Source: Balanoglossus misakiensis (taxonomy: Eukaryota; Animalia; Hemichordata). Taken from it: 64,000 bases of DNA. The notes under the pieces are model-generated. The model saw only the letters and a program-made list of their open reading frames with translations, was not told the DNA's origin and searched no databases. Position 1 is the stretch's first letter. Every line of letters begins with the position of its first letter. Where the stretch lies: NCBI GenBank assembly GCA_040954595.2, contig CM082580.2:3400783-3464782 (forward strand), written 5' to 3'. Below are positions 47,400 to 59,265 of the stretch, piece by piece. The position numbers and the translations under genes were made by a program.

Positions 47400-48225
47400 A
47401 GTACTTTCCGTTGTTGAATCAAGATTACGTAAGGAGCCAACTGGCGTTCAGCGGAAAGTGAATCAGAGGAACAATTTGTCAATAAACATCTTGCCTCCCT
47501 TTCTGAGAGAGGTCTTGGGCTATATACAAGTCTGCGGAAGCAAAAAGATGGGGCCTCCTATCATTTTAAGTGTGAAAGAGGAGGTAAAAGCAAAGGGTAA
47601 ATCATCTGGAGCTGCAAATCTGACACACGCTCATGGCTGCAACTCGTACGTGTCTTTTAGTTTCACCAAAGTGGGTACCCATCAGGTGTGTGTTGTCAGA
47701 TTACAAAGTCACCATGTGGGACACTATTTGTTTAACAGTGATGACTATCGCGTTAACAAAATATCACCTGAGCTGACTGAACTAATAAGGCTCTCGACCT
47801 TCCAAAATTTGCAGGTCAGTGAAATCATTGTGAAGTGCTCTCATTTGGCACAAAAAAGAGGGGACGTTGACATGAAAAACCGCCAGTACTACCCCACACC
47901 AGCAGATGTAACATATCTTCGAAACAAGACCTTGGCTGAAACCAGGTTTGATCAAAATAATGCCATCAGCGTAGATAAATTATTGAAAAGTGATCTACAC
48001 GCAAACATCATCCACTATCAACCACTCTCCAAAGCTGCCAACCAACCATTAGAAATAGTATACACGAGTCCCTTTCAGAAAGACCAATATCTGAAATTTG
48101 CAAAAAGTATGGTATTTATAGATGCTACATACAGAGGAATAAGATATGCTGTAATTGTCAAGAATGGTGTTGGGCACGGTGTACCTATTGCATTCAAGAA
48201 ATCAGTATTGTCCAGTGCGCGATTA
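47400..48225 (+). pseudogene. MULE transposase fragment, copy 2
   Basis: GCNSY..HHVGH and MVFIDATYRGIRYAVIVKNGVGHGVPIAF, with a +1 A frameshift near 47586 relative to copy 1. Confidence 0.65.
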
Positions 48226-50875
48226 AGTTATCTCAAACGCTCATATGTCGAGGCAGAGTACTCAAAGAAATTGTATACCAAATTCACTGGTCATTATCAC
48301 AAGGTGATTGCTGGAAGAGGTTTAAGAACGGACTAGCTGATTTACATCATATTCGTCCAGTATTAGCCCAGACTACCAAAACGTACTTCTCGTTAGATCC
48401 AGAGAATCCCGGGGCACTACCTTTACAACACGTGTCAAGCGCACGAACAATGACTCTTTTGAATCATGATCCCAATGTTTTGCAACGTTCCAAGCGAAGC
48501 CATTCACCTGTGTAATTACTACTGCTTTATCACGTCCAAGACAGAATCGTACAAGCCCGAAGCTTGGCTAGCATATGACAAGGTAATTTCGCCAGCTCAG
48601 TTTTTTTCCACTTCCAACATAACCCTCACCTCCTGGTACCAAAGTGTTTTGGTTGCGGTCAAAAAGGGCACCTGAAAACTAAATGCCACACCTACGCACG
48701 CAATCCATACTGCCAGGGATAGCTCCATGAACCGAGGTCAACCAAGCAGCACCGTAACTTCGAAACAGCCTCCAGTATGCTGGCAGTTCAACAAGGGGAA
48801 CTGCAAAAGCCCTAGATTCTCACACATGCTCCCTCTGCATGCTCAGCTGTCGACCATGGTGCATTCAACCACCAACACCAAAAAGCACCCATATCAATCC
48901 GCAACAGACTTCACAGCCTAAGCCCTTTCGTGCCAACACTTAACCCTTAAGCCAGAGATGGCAGGTATGCAGACAGCATTAGCTGACACAGTATGCGAAG
49001 AAATTTCTCAGACAATTTCTAACTCGCTGCTTGGCATACTTGTCGACGAAACAGTAAATGTCACTGTTCATTAGAAGCTGATAAGATAAAAGAAGATCAA
49101 ACAATACTCGTTCTTGGCCATCACGCATTTGTTGATGGACGTCTTGCCGATCATGGACCGTTGTAATCTTGTATTTCAACGAGAAGATGTCAACTTGGCT
49201 ACTATTGAACTGATGGTCCAGTCAACGGTCGCGTCTCTACAGCTGTTATTAGAACCAGACAGTCGAGGCCAACATGAGAGTGCGCTAACGAGGGAAATTG
49301 ATAACAATGTATATCGTGGCCATTTTCTGAGCCACGCAGCTGCCAATAATATCCAAGGTTACGCTAATGTTATAGGCGTGACTTCATAACGTATCTAATC
49401 AACCGAATGCAAGCACGATTTCCCAGTGAATGTACCAATCTACTGACATGTCTTGATAAAGTTTTCAATGCCAGCAAATATCCAGATCATGATGTTGAGA
49501 TCTGTGAATATGGCATGGCACAGTCTCTGGCGACACTGATTGCCCATTTCGGTGTGATTCGCGTTGAAGATGGCGTGCCAAATGTGATGAAGTTTATTAT
49601 TTGTTTTGTTTCGTGGCCAGGTGCACTAATGTTGATTGCTTTATTTAACATATAAGCGTGACCAGGTGTTAATTAGTTTTGGTCGCATAAAAGCAGTGCC
49701 ACGTTGTCGTGTGGCTCATTTGATTCTGGCCTGGTAGCTGTGCCGTCGCATTGTCGCGGAGTTTTGGGAGCCCACCGTACGGAGTTTGCCTGTCGACTGT
49801 GGTAGCTGAGGATTGACACTGCAGAAGGGACTTGTGAAGTTGTGGTGGATGTTTTCGAGGACGCCGCGTGGAATTTAGGAGCCGTCCTGAGGGTGCGAGT
49901 TTCCGGGTCACTGTGGAACTGCATTTGCAGTAATACGTGGCTGTCTGTGGACTACGCGGTGAAACTGCATTGGAGGTAATAAGTGGCTATCTTTTGAACA
50001 CTGGCGTAAAATGGACAGAAAAGCCAGAATTGTTGTGCGTCGAGTCACCCAACTGTTTGTTAGATTTTGAACTGGTTAGGAATTTTGTCGGTCACCTGGT
50101 CACGCTCAAGTTTAGTTTGTAGTTTAGTGTAAATATTATTTAACATATTGTGAATATTACTCATATCTGCAATTAAATTAACACTGTAAATAGACTGGTA
50201 TGTTGTACGTGTGCTGTCTTTGACTATTTCCTTTATTGCAGCCTGTTGGCTGGTTCGGATGTAAAACAAGCCACCCGGTCAGGTAAATTGGCCTCTCTAT
50301 TATCCACACACTTTTGGCTCGGACGGCCTGCGGGTCGTAACACGATGGAAGCCCAAAAACATGGGCCCGATTGGCAAGCTGAGTTTACTCAGATGAAACT
50401 GACTATGTGCATTGTCGGTTACACCTCTGGTTCAAGACACATTGGAACGAAAGGGTTTAGACGAGACTTGGCTTGCATAGCCAGTGGAACGAGCGTCTTA
50501 AAAGCGACACGCTCGTTGTCGGTATGGTAGGTTTTACTGTGCTCAGCTTCGGACATATTTTTGTGTCACGTGTTTGCATACGTTTGTAGTAAGCATCCGA
50601 TTAGAGGGAATAACGCCTGCACAGGTGACCCTAACACCTGCGAATGTGCAAGAGTATATAAACGGGTGTTTCATGGACATTTTTGCCATTACCACTACAG
50701 ACCATGAGTTTGATGGACCGAAAGTTTTCTGAAGGCAACCCGAAGGATTCGCCACCTGGAATCCAGTGGAGCAGGCAGCAATCGCTATGATGTAGGCACT
50801 CCTCTTAGGAAGGGAATGGCCAAGAAACAGAAGGCAAAGAAACGACTTTTGAGCATCAGATTCAAGGAGATGGAG

Positions 50876-53177
50876 AAGAAACCTGGTGGGAAACGTAATC
50901 CCAAGTCCGATCGACCTGTTGTCGACTCAAACGGTGACACAGAAGCTCCATCCAGGAGTGATGAGGTGACTGCAGAGGCTGACTTACAAGCCAATAAGCA
51001 GCAGAAGCCTGGTGGGAAACGAAAGCGCAAGTCCGATCGACCCGTTGTCGACTCAAACGGTGAGACAGAAGCTCCACCCAAGAGTGATGAGGTGATTGCA
51101 GAGGCTGACTTACAAGCCAATAAGCAGCAGAAGCCTGGTGGGAAACGAAAGCGCAAGTCCGATCGACCCGTTGTCGACTCAAACGGTGAGACAGAAGCTC
51201 CACCCAAGAGTGATGAGGTGATTGCAGAGGCTGACTTACAAGCCAATAAGCAGCAGAAGCCTGGTGGGAAACGAAAGCGCAAGTCCGATCGACCCGTTGT
51301 CGACTCAAACGGTGAGACAGAAGCTCCACCCAAGAGTGATGAGGTGATTGCAGAGGCTGACTTACAAGCCAGTAAGCAGCAGAAGCCTGGAGGGAAACGA
51401 AAGCGCAAGTCCGATCGACCCGTTGTCGACTCAAACGGTGAGACAGAAGCTCCACCCAAGAGTGATGAGGTGATTGCAGAGGCTGACTTACAAGCCAATA
51501 AGCAGCAGAAGTCTGGAGGGAAACGTAATCGCAAGTCCGATCGACCCGTTGTCGACTCAGACGGTGAGACAGAAGCTCCACCCAAGAGTGATGAGGTGAT
51601 TGCAGAGGCTGACTTACAAGCCAATAAGCAGCAGAAGCCTGGTGGGAAACGAAAGCGCAAGTCCGATCGACCCGTTGTCGACTCAAACGGTGAGACAGAA
51701 GCTCCACCCAAGTGAAGCTCCACCCACGGTGAGACAGAAGCTCCATCCAGGAGTGATGAGGTGATTGCAGAGGCTGACTTACAAGCCAGTAAGCAGCAGA
51801 AGTCTGGAGGGAAACGAAAGTGCAAGTCCGATCTACCCGTTGTCGACTGAAACGGTGAGACAGAAGCTCCATCCAGGAGTGATGAGGTGATTGCAGAGGC
51901 TGACTTACAAGCCAGTAAGCAGCAGAAGTCTGGAGGGAAACGTAATCGCAAGTCCGATCGACCCGTTGTCGACTCAGACGGTGAGACAGAAGCTCCATCC
52001 AGGAGTGATGAGGTGATTGCAGAGGCTGACTTACAAGCCAGTAAGCAGCAGAAGTCTGGAGGGAAACGTAATCGCAAGTCCGATCGACCCGTTGTCGACT
52101 CAGACGGTGAGACAGAAGCTCCATCCAGGAGTGATGAGGTGATTGCAGAGGCTGACTTACAAGCCAGTAAGCAGCAGAAGTCTGGAGGGAAACGTAATCG
52201 CAAGTCCGATCGACCCGTTGTCGACTCAGACGGTGAGACAGAAGCTCCACCCAAGAGTGATGAGGTGATTGCAGAGGCTGACTTACAAGCCAGTAAGCAG
52301 CAGAAGTCTGGAGGGAAACGTAATCGCAAGTCCGATCGACCCGTTGTCGACTCAGACGGTGAGACAGAAGCTCCACCCAAGAGTGATGAGGTGATTGCAG
52401 AGGCTGACTTACAAGCCAGTAAGCAGCAGAAGTCTGGAGGGAAACGTAATCGCAAGTCCGATCGACCCGTTGTCAACTCAGACGGTGAGACAGAAGCTCC
52501 ATCCAGGAGTGATGAGGTGATTGCAGAGGCTGACTTACAAGCCAGTAAGCAGCAGAAGTCTGGAGGGAAACGTAATCGCAAGTCCGATCGACCCGTTGTC
52601 GACTCAGACGGTGAGACAGAAGCTCCATCCAGGAGTGATGAGGTGATTGCAGAGGCTGACTTACAAGCCAATAAGCAGCAGAAGTCTGGAGGGAAACGAA
52701 AGCGTAAGTCCGATTGACCCGTGTCGACTCGGACGGTGAGACAGAAGCTCCATCCAGGAGTGATTAGGTGATTGCAGAGGCTGACTTACAAGCCAGTAAG
52801 CAGCAGAAGTCTGGAGGGAAACGTAATCGCAAGTCCGATCGACCCGTTGTCGACTCAGACGGTGAGACAGAAGCTCCACCCAAGAGTGATGAGGTGATTG
52901 CAGAGGCTGACTTACAAGCCAATAAGCAGCAGAAGTCTGGAGGGAAACGAAAGCGTAAGTCCGATCGACCCGTTGTCGACTCAGACGGTGAGACAGAAGC
53001 TCCATCCAGGAGTGATGAGGTGATTGCAGAGGCTGACTTACAAGCCAGTAAGCAGCAGAAGTCTGGAGGGAAACGTAATCGCAAGTCCGATCGACCATTT
53101 GTCGACTCAGACGGTGAGACAGAAGCTCCACCCAGGAGTGATGAGGTGACTGCAGAGGCTGGCTTACAAGCCAGTAC
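50876..53177 (+). repeat. 126-bp minisatellite, array 2 (~18 units)
   Basis: Same unit, with array-specific variants (PPKS/PSRS, EVIAEADLQ) and a few stops and frameshifts (~51713, ~51848, ~52715). Confidence 0.95.
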
Positions 53178-53179
53178 CC

Positions 53180-54790
53180 GTTCTGTTACCCCAAGTGCAA
53201 CAGATGAAAGCCGTGAGACCCCCCCCTCTCATAAGATCCATCTGCTGCTCAGATGAGCCCTCATCAGGCAGCTGCTTTGACTTCCACTGGGAAGGTGTCT
53301 TTCGCAGCATGAGGACAGCGAGATATTTTCCGAACCCCTGTTCAAGAAAGAGCGTGGACCCACGTTTACTATGCCAACACAAGCACGGGAGTTGGAATAC
53401 TTTCTGAATTTCATATCACCGACCATTATCACTTTGGCAGTGTAGGAGACGAAAAAGTATGCCCGTATCACCCATGGTTCATCGCAAAAAGAATCGACTC
53501 TGAGTGGCGAGCCACCTCTTACCGAGAGATGCAAGCCTTTCTGGGTGTTGTCATCATCATCATGGGCCTTGACCGCAAGCATGCTGAGGGCGACTATTGG
53601 TCCAGCGACATTTTCCTGCATAATGTTGGCATATCGTCAGTCATGACCCGTCAACGCTACCATAGGTTGATGTGGTATTTCCACTTGGCCGACACCCAGG
53701 AGGATCCAAGACGAGACGCTGACCCGAACATACGGTCACGCCGTTGTCAGGACGATCCACTGTGCCCCTTGTAAACAGTTGCGTACACAACTATCAGATG
53801 GTACAAGAAAATCTCCATCGATGAAGGCATGGTGAAATTCAAAGGACGTTCGAAATTAAAACAGAGGCTTCCCCACAAGCCAGACAGGTTTAAGATATGG
53901 CAGTTGGCGGAATCGACCACATCTTATGTGGCAAACTTTGCTCCCTACCTGGGGGTGAAGTACCTCGACAGGAATGACGGCCAGGAAAAAACAGGAGAGG
54001 GGAGTGGTGAAAAGAATAACGATTGAACTTGTTCAGCCGTTCTGCGGGTACAACCACATCCTCTTCTGTGACAGCCTCTTCACAACTGTGTTAACTGCGA
54101 GAGAACTGATGGAGACGGGCATGTATATGGTTGGAAGCTTCAACCGACGTAACCGTCGGAGTATGCCGCCCATGCTTATTCCCCCTGGGAAAAAGAAGAA
54201 GCTTCCACTGAAGGTCGGTGAAATGAAGGCAGCCACCCGAGTCGATTGCCGAATCAACCTGACAGCTTATCAGGATAGCAATGCACAGGTGTTGATCCTG
54301 AACACCGTTTATCCACCACTTGACACGGAGACGGTTGGCAGTGGTGAAGAACAGAGAAAATGTGCCCCCGAGTTTGACGAAGTACCGCCACTACATAGGA
54401 GGCATTGGCAATGCTAACCAGAAGCGAAAATACTACCACTGTGGGCGAAAGAACAACCGCTGGTGGGTATACATGGACTGGTACCAGATGGATGTAGAAA
54501 TGCGAATGCATACATATGTTTCAAAAACCTGAATCCCCAGACCAAGGTGAAGGACAAGTTCTTCAACCTACGTGTTTGGAAGCCAGCTCATTGCCAGATT
54601 CACCAGTCGTGGTCAAGGCAACGGACGCGAAATAGAAAATACCGTTACTGCCAGCTCTTTAATTTTTCCCAGGAAACATACCCCAGCACGTCGCCAGTAG
54701 ATTACCTTGATGGCAGAAAACCTGCAAGCTATGCAGCAGGGAAGGCAAGAGGACCTATTCTGGAGGCGGTCTCAAAACGACTGGGCAGCC
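53180..54790 (+). pseudogene. piggyBac (PGBD4-like) transposase pseudogene
   Basis: EMQAFLG..MGL..DYWS..VMTRQRY..YFHLAD, SIDEGMVKFKGR..QRLPHKP..FKIW, HILFCDSLFT, YRHYIGGI...Q...YY..RK..RWW. Multiple frameshifts and stops. It directly follows array 2. Confidence 0.9.
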
Positions 54791-57363
54791 CAACGGACTA
54801 CCGGGTAGGTGGTCCGGTAGCGTTAGGTTAAGAATCTATAAAACATGAATTCTACCCAATGAATGAATTACCTTAGAATTTCACAACTGTGACATAATTC
54901 GCGGGTTATGCAAAAAAGTATGTATTATTGACCATAAGAAATTTTTCGTATGCATTTTTCTGTTGGCAATGCATAACTGTAAACAAATAATGACGTCTGT
55001 CAGTAGCACTATTTTGTCAGTGAAATGGCTTCATTGTTTTCCCTCCAACCAAAGTTGAAACAGAGTTAAATATGCACAGCTTGAAATCGTAAAATGTTGC
55101 AAAATCAAACCAACAGTTAGGTCAATGATAACGTTCTTACAGCTATTATTAGAACCAGATAGTCTCAGGGAACAAGAACCATGGGCCTGATTTGCAAGCA
55201 GAGTTGGAACTGAGTTTGCCTGCACATGGACGCGCAAGTTTCAGTGAATATTATTGTATTAAGATATGAATATTAAGAACTGTTCTCTGTGTTCCGATTG
55301 TTAGCCTATAGCTCTGGTCATTCCCTTTTTTTTCTGTGCCATGTGAACAGGATTTCAGTTGCGAGAACTGCCGGTTCTAAAATAAAAGCACAAAAGTGTG
55401 CCTAAATTGCCTGGGCGACGAGCACGCCGAATTAACATGATGCCTCTTACCGACAGAGAGACCACCAGTAGCCGATTTTTTTCGAGAAACTTTGCGTACA
55501 AATATAGATCCCAGTAAATTTTACTATACATTCTTAATAATAATTAATTTACTGTCATATATACACGCTTTTGCACATACAATGAAAAGTGTCATGGTTT
55601 TTCAAGATAGAAAAGAACATGGAAAGGTTTGAGAAAAAACGTACAAACAGAATGTAAAGAACAGTGTCTAGGAATAACGCAAAGACTCCAGATCTTTAGA
55701 ATGAAAAAGCTATGGGAGACGAATTTGGTGAACTTCCACAGCACACGGTTTGAATAAGAGCCGACAATAATTAGGAGTTTTCTTATCTAGGAACTGAGGA
55801 ACACAGGATCAACAACCGATCTATTTGCTCAATAATCGAATACATATGGATATAAAGAGGCGGGAATATTCAATTGAATGTTTTTCCTAACAATGGTTTC
55901 TAAGCATTTTATAACAATTGATGTAAGAGCTATTCGGCGGTAATCATTTCAGCCATTGACTGGTGAAAGTTTTGGAACAGGAATCATAATAGACTTTTTG
56001 AATATATTAGGAACATGATGAATTTTCAAGACAAGTTAAATATCGTACTTAAGATTTCACACAATTCTGGTTTACATGAATTGTGTTCAAAAGTATTATG
56101 ACTGATAGTGTTTGTTAGAGCACCTGTATTCCAAATAAGCATGCTGTCAGTGTATGTACGATTGTGATTAATTTTTTTTCTTCAAAATTTGCTTCTCTTA
56201 ATGATTATGAATACCTATTAATTCATGCTTCAAAATTTTATCCTTTTACCTGAAATTTTATAAAATTTTGGAGGGTTGCATGTATTTTGAAGTTCTTGAG
56301 CAATATTTTAGCCATAAAGTAGGTGCAATACCCAAAAATTGGTAGCTATGAATTCAGAAAACATGCCCCAAAAATACAAAATTTTCATTTTCAGCACAAT
56401 TTTGATATATCACAGTAAGAATTCCCCTGGAAACTGCAAACTAAATTGCAAAGCAATCAGACAAAAATGGCAAAAATTGCCGACAAAAAACAATATTGAC
56501 ACTTCCATCATAGGGTTTGTTAAATCGTCATGAAAACACATCTAGCAAACCAAATTTTAAAGAAATGTCGTTAGAGATTTCTGAGTATTTGACAAAAACG
56601 GCAACAATCTCCCTAAAAATGTACTTCAAAAAATGAAATAAAATCTGAAAAAGGTCTGCATAAACAAAAACACACCAATTTCTAAAGCAATCTGACCAGT
56701 AAATTTATGAGTTGCTGTGTTTTGACCAATTTCACAAAACGGGACCCAAAGAGTAAAAGACATTTCAAAGATTGAACAATTAAAGTCTCACATATCTTTT
56801 TCCAACAGTAAAATTTTTCAAATCTTCTCTCAATACTTTAAAATCACCACCATTAAGCCATATTACTTGCATTTGCATCAGTTTGTCATCTCACATACCA
56901 CACTAGTTGTTTACCACCTTTGTGTGGAGGCCAATTAAACAGCACCCATTTAATATCTGACTTCTTTAAATTGAAACATACAGCCACAATGTATACCTAT
57001 CATTAAGCTTATTTAGAAGGACCAATTTAAAATGGAAAGTAAACTCATGAAAATAATGAAAAAGTTGCAACTATTGGGATTTTAACTAGCTGAGTGCGAG
57101 TCTAATGATATAATGTTGACGGTGAGGTTTGGTTGTAACAACATAGCTATGAAAAACTTCCTTCTTTCTGTAAAAGTTCTTTATGTATACGTGTATGTTC
57201 TACTCTGAGACAAAAAATGTGTTGCCACGTTTCTTAGCCCTTTCAACAAATGTCAGGGACCAGATTTTTTTAAAGTAAAATTTCGAATGACTTTGGGGTA
57301 ACTTTTTACCTACTTTACCATGTATCAGCATATTGGGTAGCATGGAACACCGAATGGCTTACC

Positions 57364-58823
57364 AGTAGGGTTAGAGATAATGTTTTATATTAACATGCAT
57401 ACAATTTTGGGGGGATGAAATTTTGTTGGCAAAATTTTGGGTGACCTTGGGGAAACTTTGACCAACATTCCTATATCTTGACATCCAGAGCACATTCATC
57501 CTTGACACTTGGCGTGATGGAACTATGTAATGGAATATTATGTCTAACCTCATTAATTATGTACACACCTAATGCTAGTCTAACCAATAGGGCTAGAAGT
57601 CTCGCTTTTCTTGGATATGGATCAGAAAGGATCGACTTTTTGTGACTAATATTTGGGTGACCTTAGGGTGACCCTAGACCTACATTTCCATATCTCAGCA
57701 TCCTGAAGATACAGCCTTGGCATCCCCTAAATTCACAAATTTAGATTTTTTATTAAGGTCTGAATTTTAGCTGCTATTATTCTCTTGCTTTGAATGACAG
57801 ATTGATATAAAGATGCCAGATTATGAACTGCCAGCTGTGTTTTTATGTCTTTTATTCAGTCAAATTAGATGTTTTTTTCACCACATTGGCTGTCTTTGCC
57901 AGTACTTTTAGCTGGTCACACTGTTTTCAAAATACCATGCGATCATTATGAAGCATATACAGCAGACAAAGTTGTGGTATGACTGAACTTGCCCTTGTTT
58001 GTTCGAAAAGCATGACTGGCCTGTCTTAGGTTGTCTCCTCATTGGAGGCCTTACCCGTCATGGGCTCACAGTCTGAGAAATCAGCTCTGCAGGGAAGTTA
58101 ACGATGTAACCCACCATTAAAGCTTGTATTTCCGCTTTCTTTTTATTTGATGCCTGGCTGAGGCCTGTCTTAGGTTCTACCCAACTTTGAGTAAACTTAC
58201 CCGTCATTGGCACACAGACTCAGGAAGGGAAGCAAACAGTTCAGCATACCATTGAAGCCTTTCTATTTTCCATTCTTTTTGATGTAGACAAATGTTGATC
58301 TCAAATATTTCAAGAGAATAATAGCAGCTAAAATTTAGACTTAAATAAAAAATCTAAATTTGTGAATATAGGGGATGCCAATGCTGTATCTTCAGGATGC
58401 TGAGATATGGAAATATAGGTCGAGAGTCACCCCATGGTCACCCAAAAATTTATCAGAAAAAGTCAACCCCCTTCTGATCCACATCCAAGAAAAGCGAGAC
58501 TTCTAGCCCTATTGGTTAGTCTAGCATTAGGAATGTACATATTTAATGAGGTAAACATAATACTCCATTGCGTAGTTCCATCACTCCAAGTGTCAAGGAT
58601 GAATCTGCTCTGGATGCAAAGATATAGGAATGTAGGTCAAAGTTTACACAGGGTCACCCAAAATTTTGATCCCAAAGTTGTCCATGTCCACCTCGATAGC
58701 CTAGAATTAGATATGCACATATCGCGAGAGGTCACCATAGATCAAGGGAGTCCTAAATTAACATCAAATCTTATTTTCATATTAATGCATGTTAATATAC
58801 GACACTGTATCTCTAACCCTACT
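57364..58823. repeat. Foldback: ~420-510-bp inverted arms around one satellite core
   Basis: 57364-57787 is the imperfect reverse complement of 58312-58823 (AGTAGGGTTAGAGATA / TATCTCTAACCCTACT at the outer ends). The loop equals the satellite core. Confidence 0.8.
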
Positions 58824-59265
58824 TGTAATGTAAGCCTGAAATTAGATATATGCATAAGTTTTTGACAAGACAGTTGAGTCGTTAGACATGTACATGAACC
58901 GTGACAATTGACTTAAAATAACATAAAGCCAGAATTGATACTGATTGGAGATCGATATTAATTACAACAGTGATGATAATTACACCAGGGATGTTTGTGT
59001 TATTATAGCTAATTCAGTAATTGACTGCTTGAGGTAAAGTACACATGTAATGAAAGTGACCGCTTTTCCTCCAATGATTGGACAAAGGATATATATACCT
59101 GTAATGTATGTTAACATTTTCAATGTAATAAGCCCTGCCTTCATTATAATCTTTACACCAAATGAACACTGTTCAGTTTATGTGATTGACTTCAAAGGGG
59201 CACAAGTTACATCACAATTCCCGGCAAGGGGTAGGAGTTTATTGGGCCAGTGGCATGCATGCCAC

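Larger units (their letters stand above)
39265..53177 (+). repeat. ~7-kb tandem segmental duplication (copy 1 ~39265-46405, copy 2 ~46406-53177)
   Basis: Collinear, near-identical blocks in the same order: Pro-rich module, MULE, gag/CCCH, hAT fragments, piggyBac 5' region, 126-bp array. Paired ORFs include 39891/47054, 42405/48727, 42642/48979 and 43897/50246. Confidence 0.95.

Noticed and set aside
44411-53131. Long Cys/Ser-rich minus-strand ORFs (up to 628 aa)
   Set aside because: Antisense frames of the 126-bp repeat, open only because the unit lacks stops.
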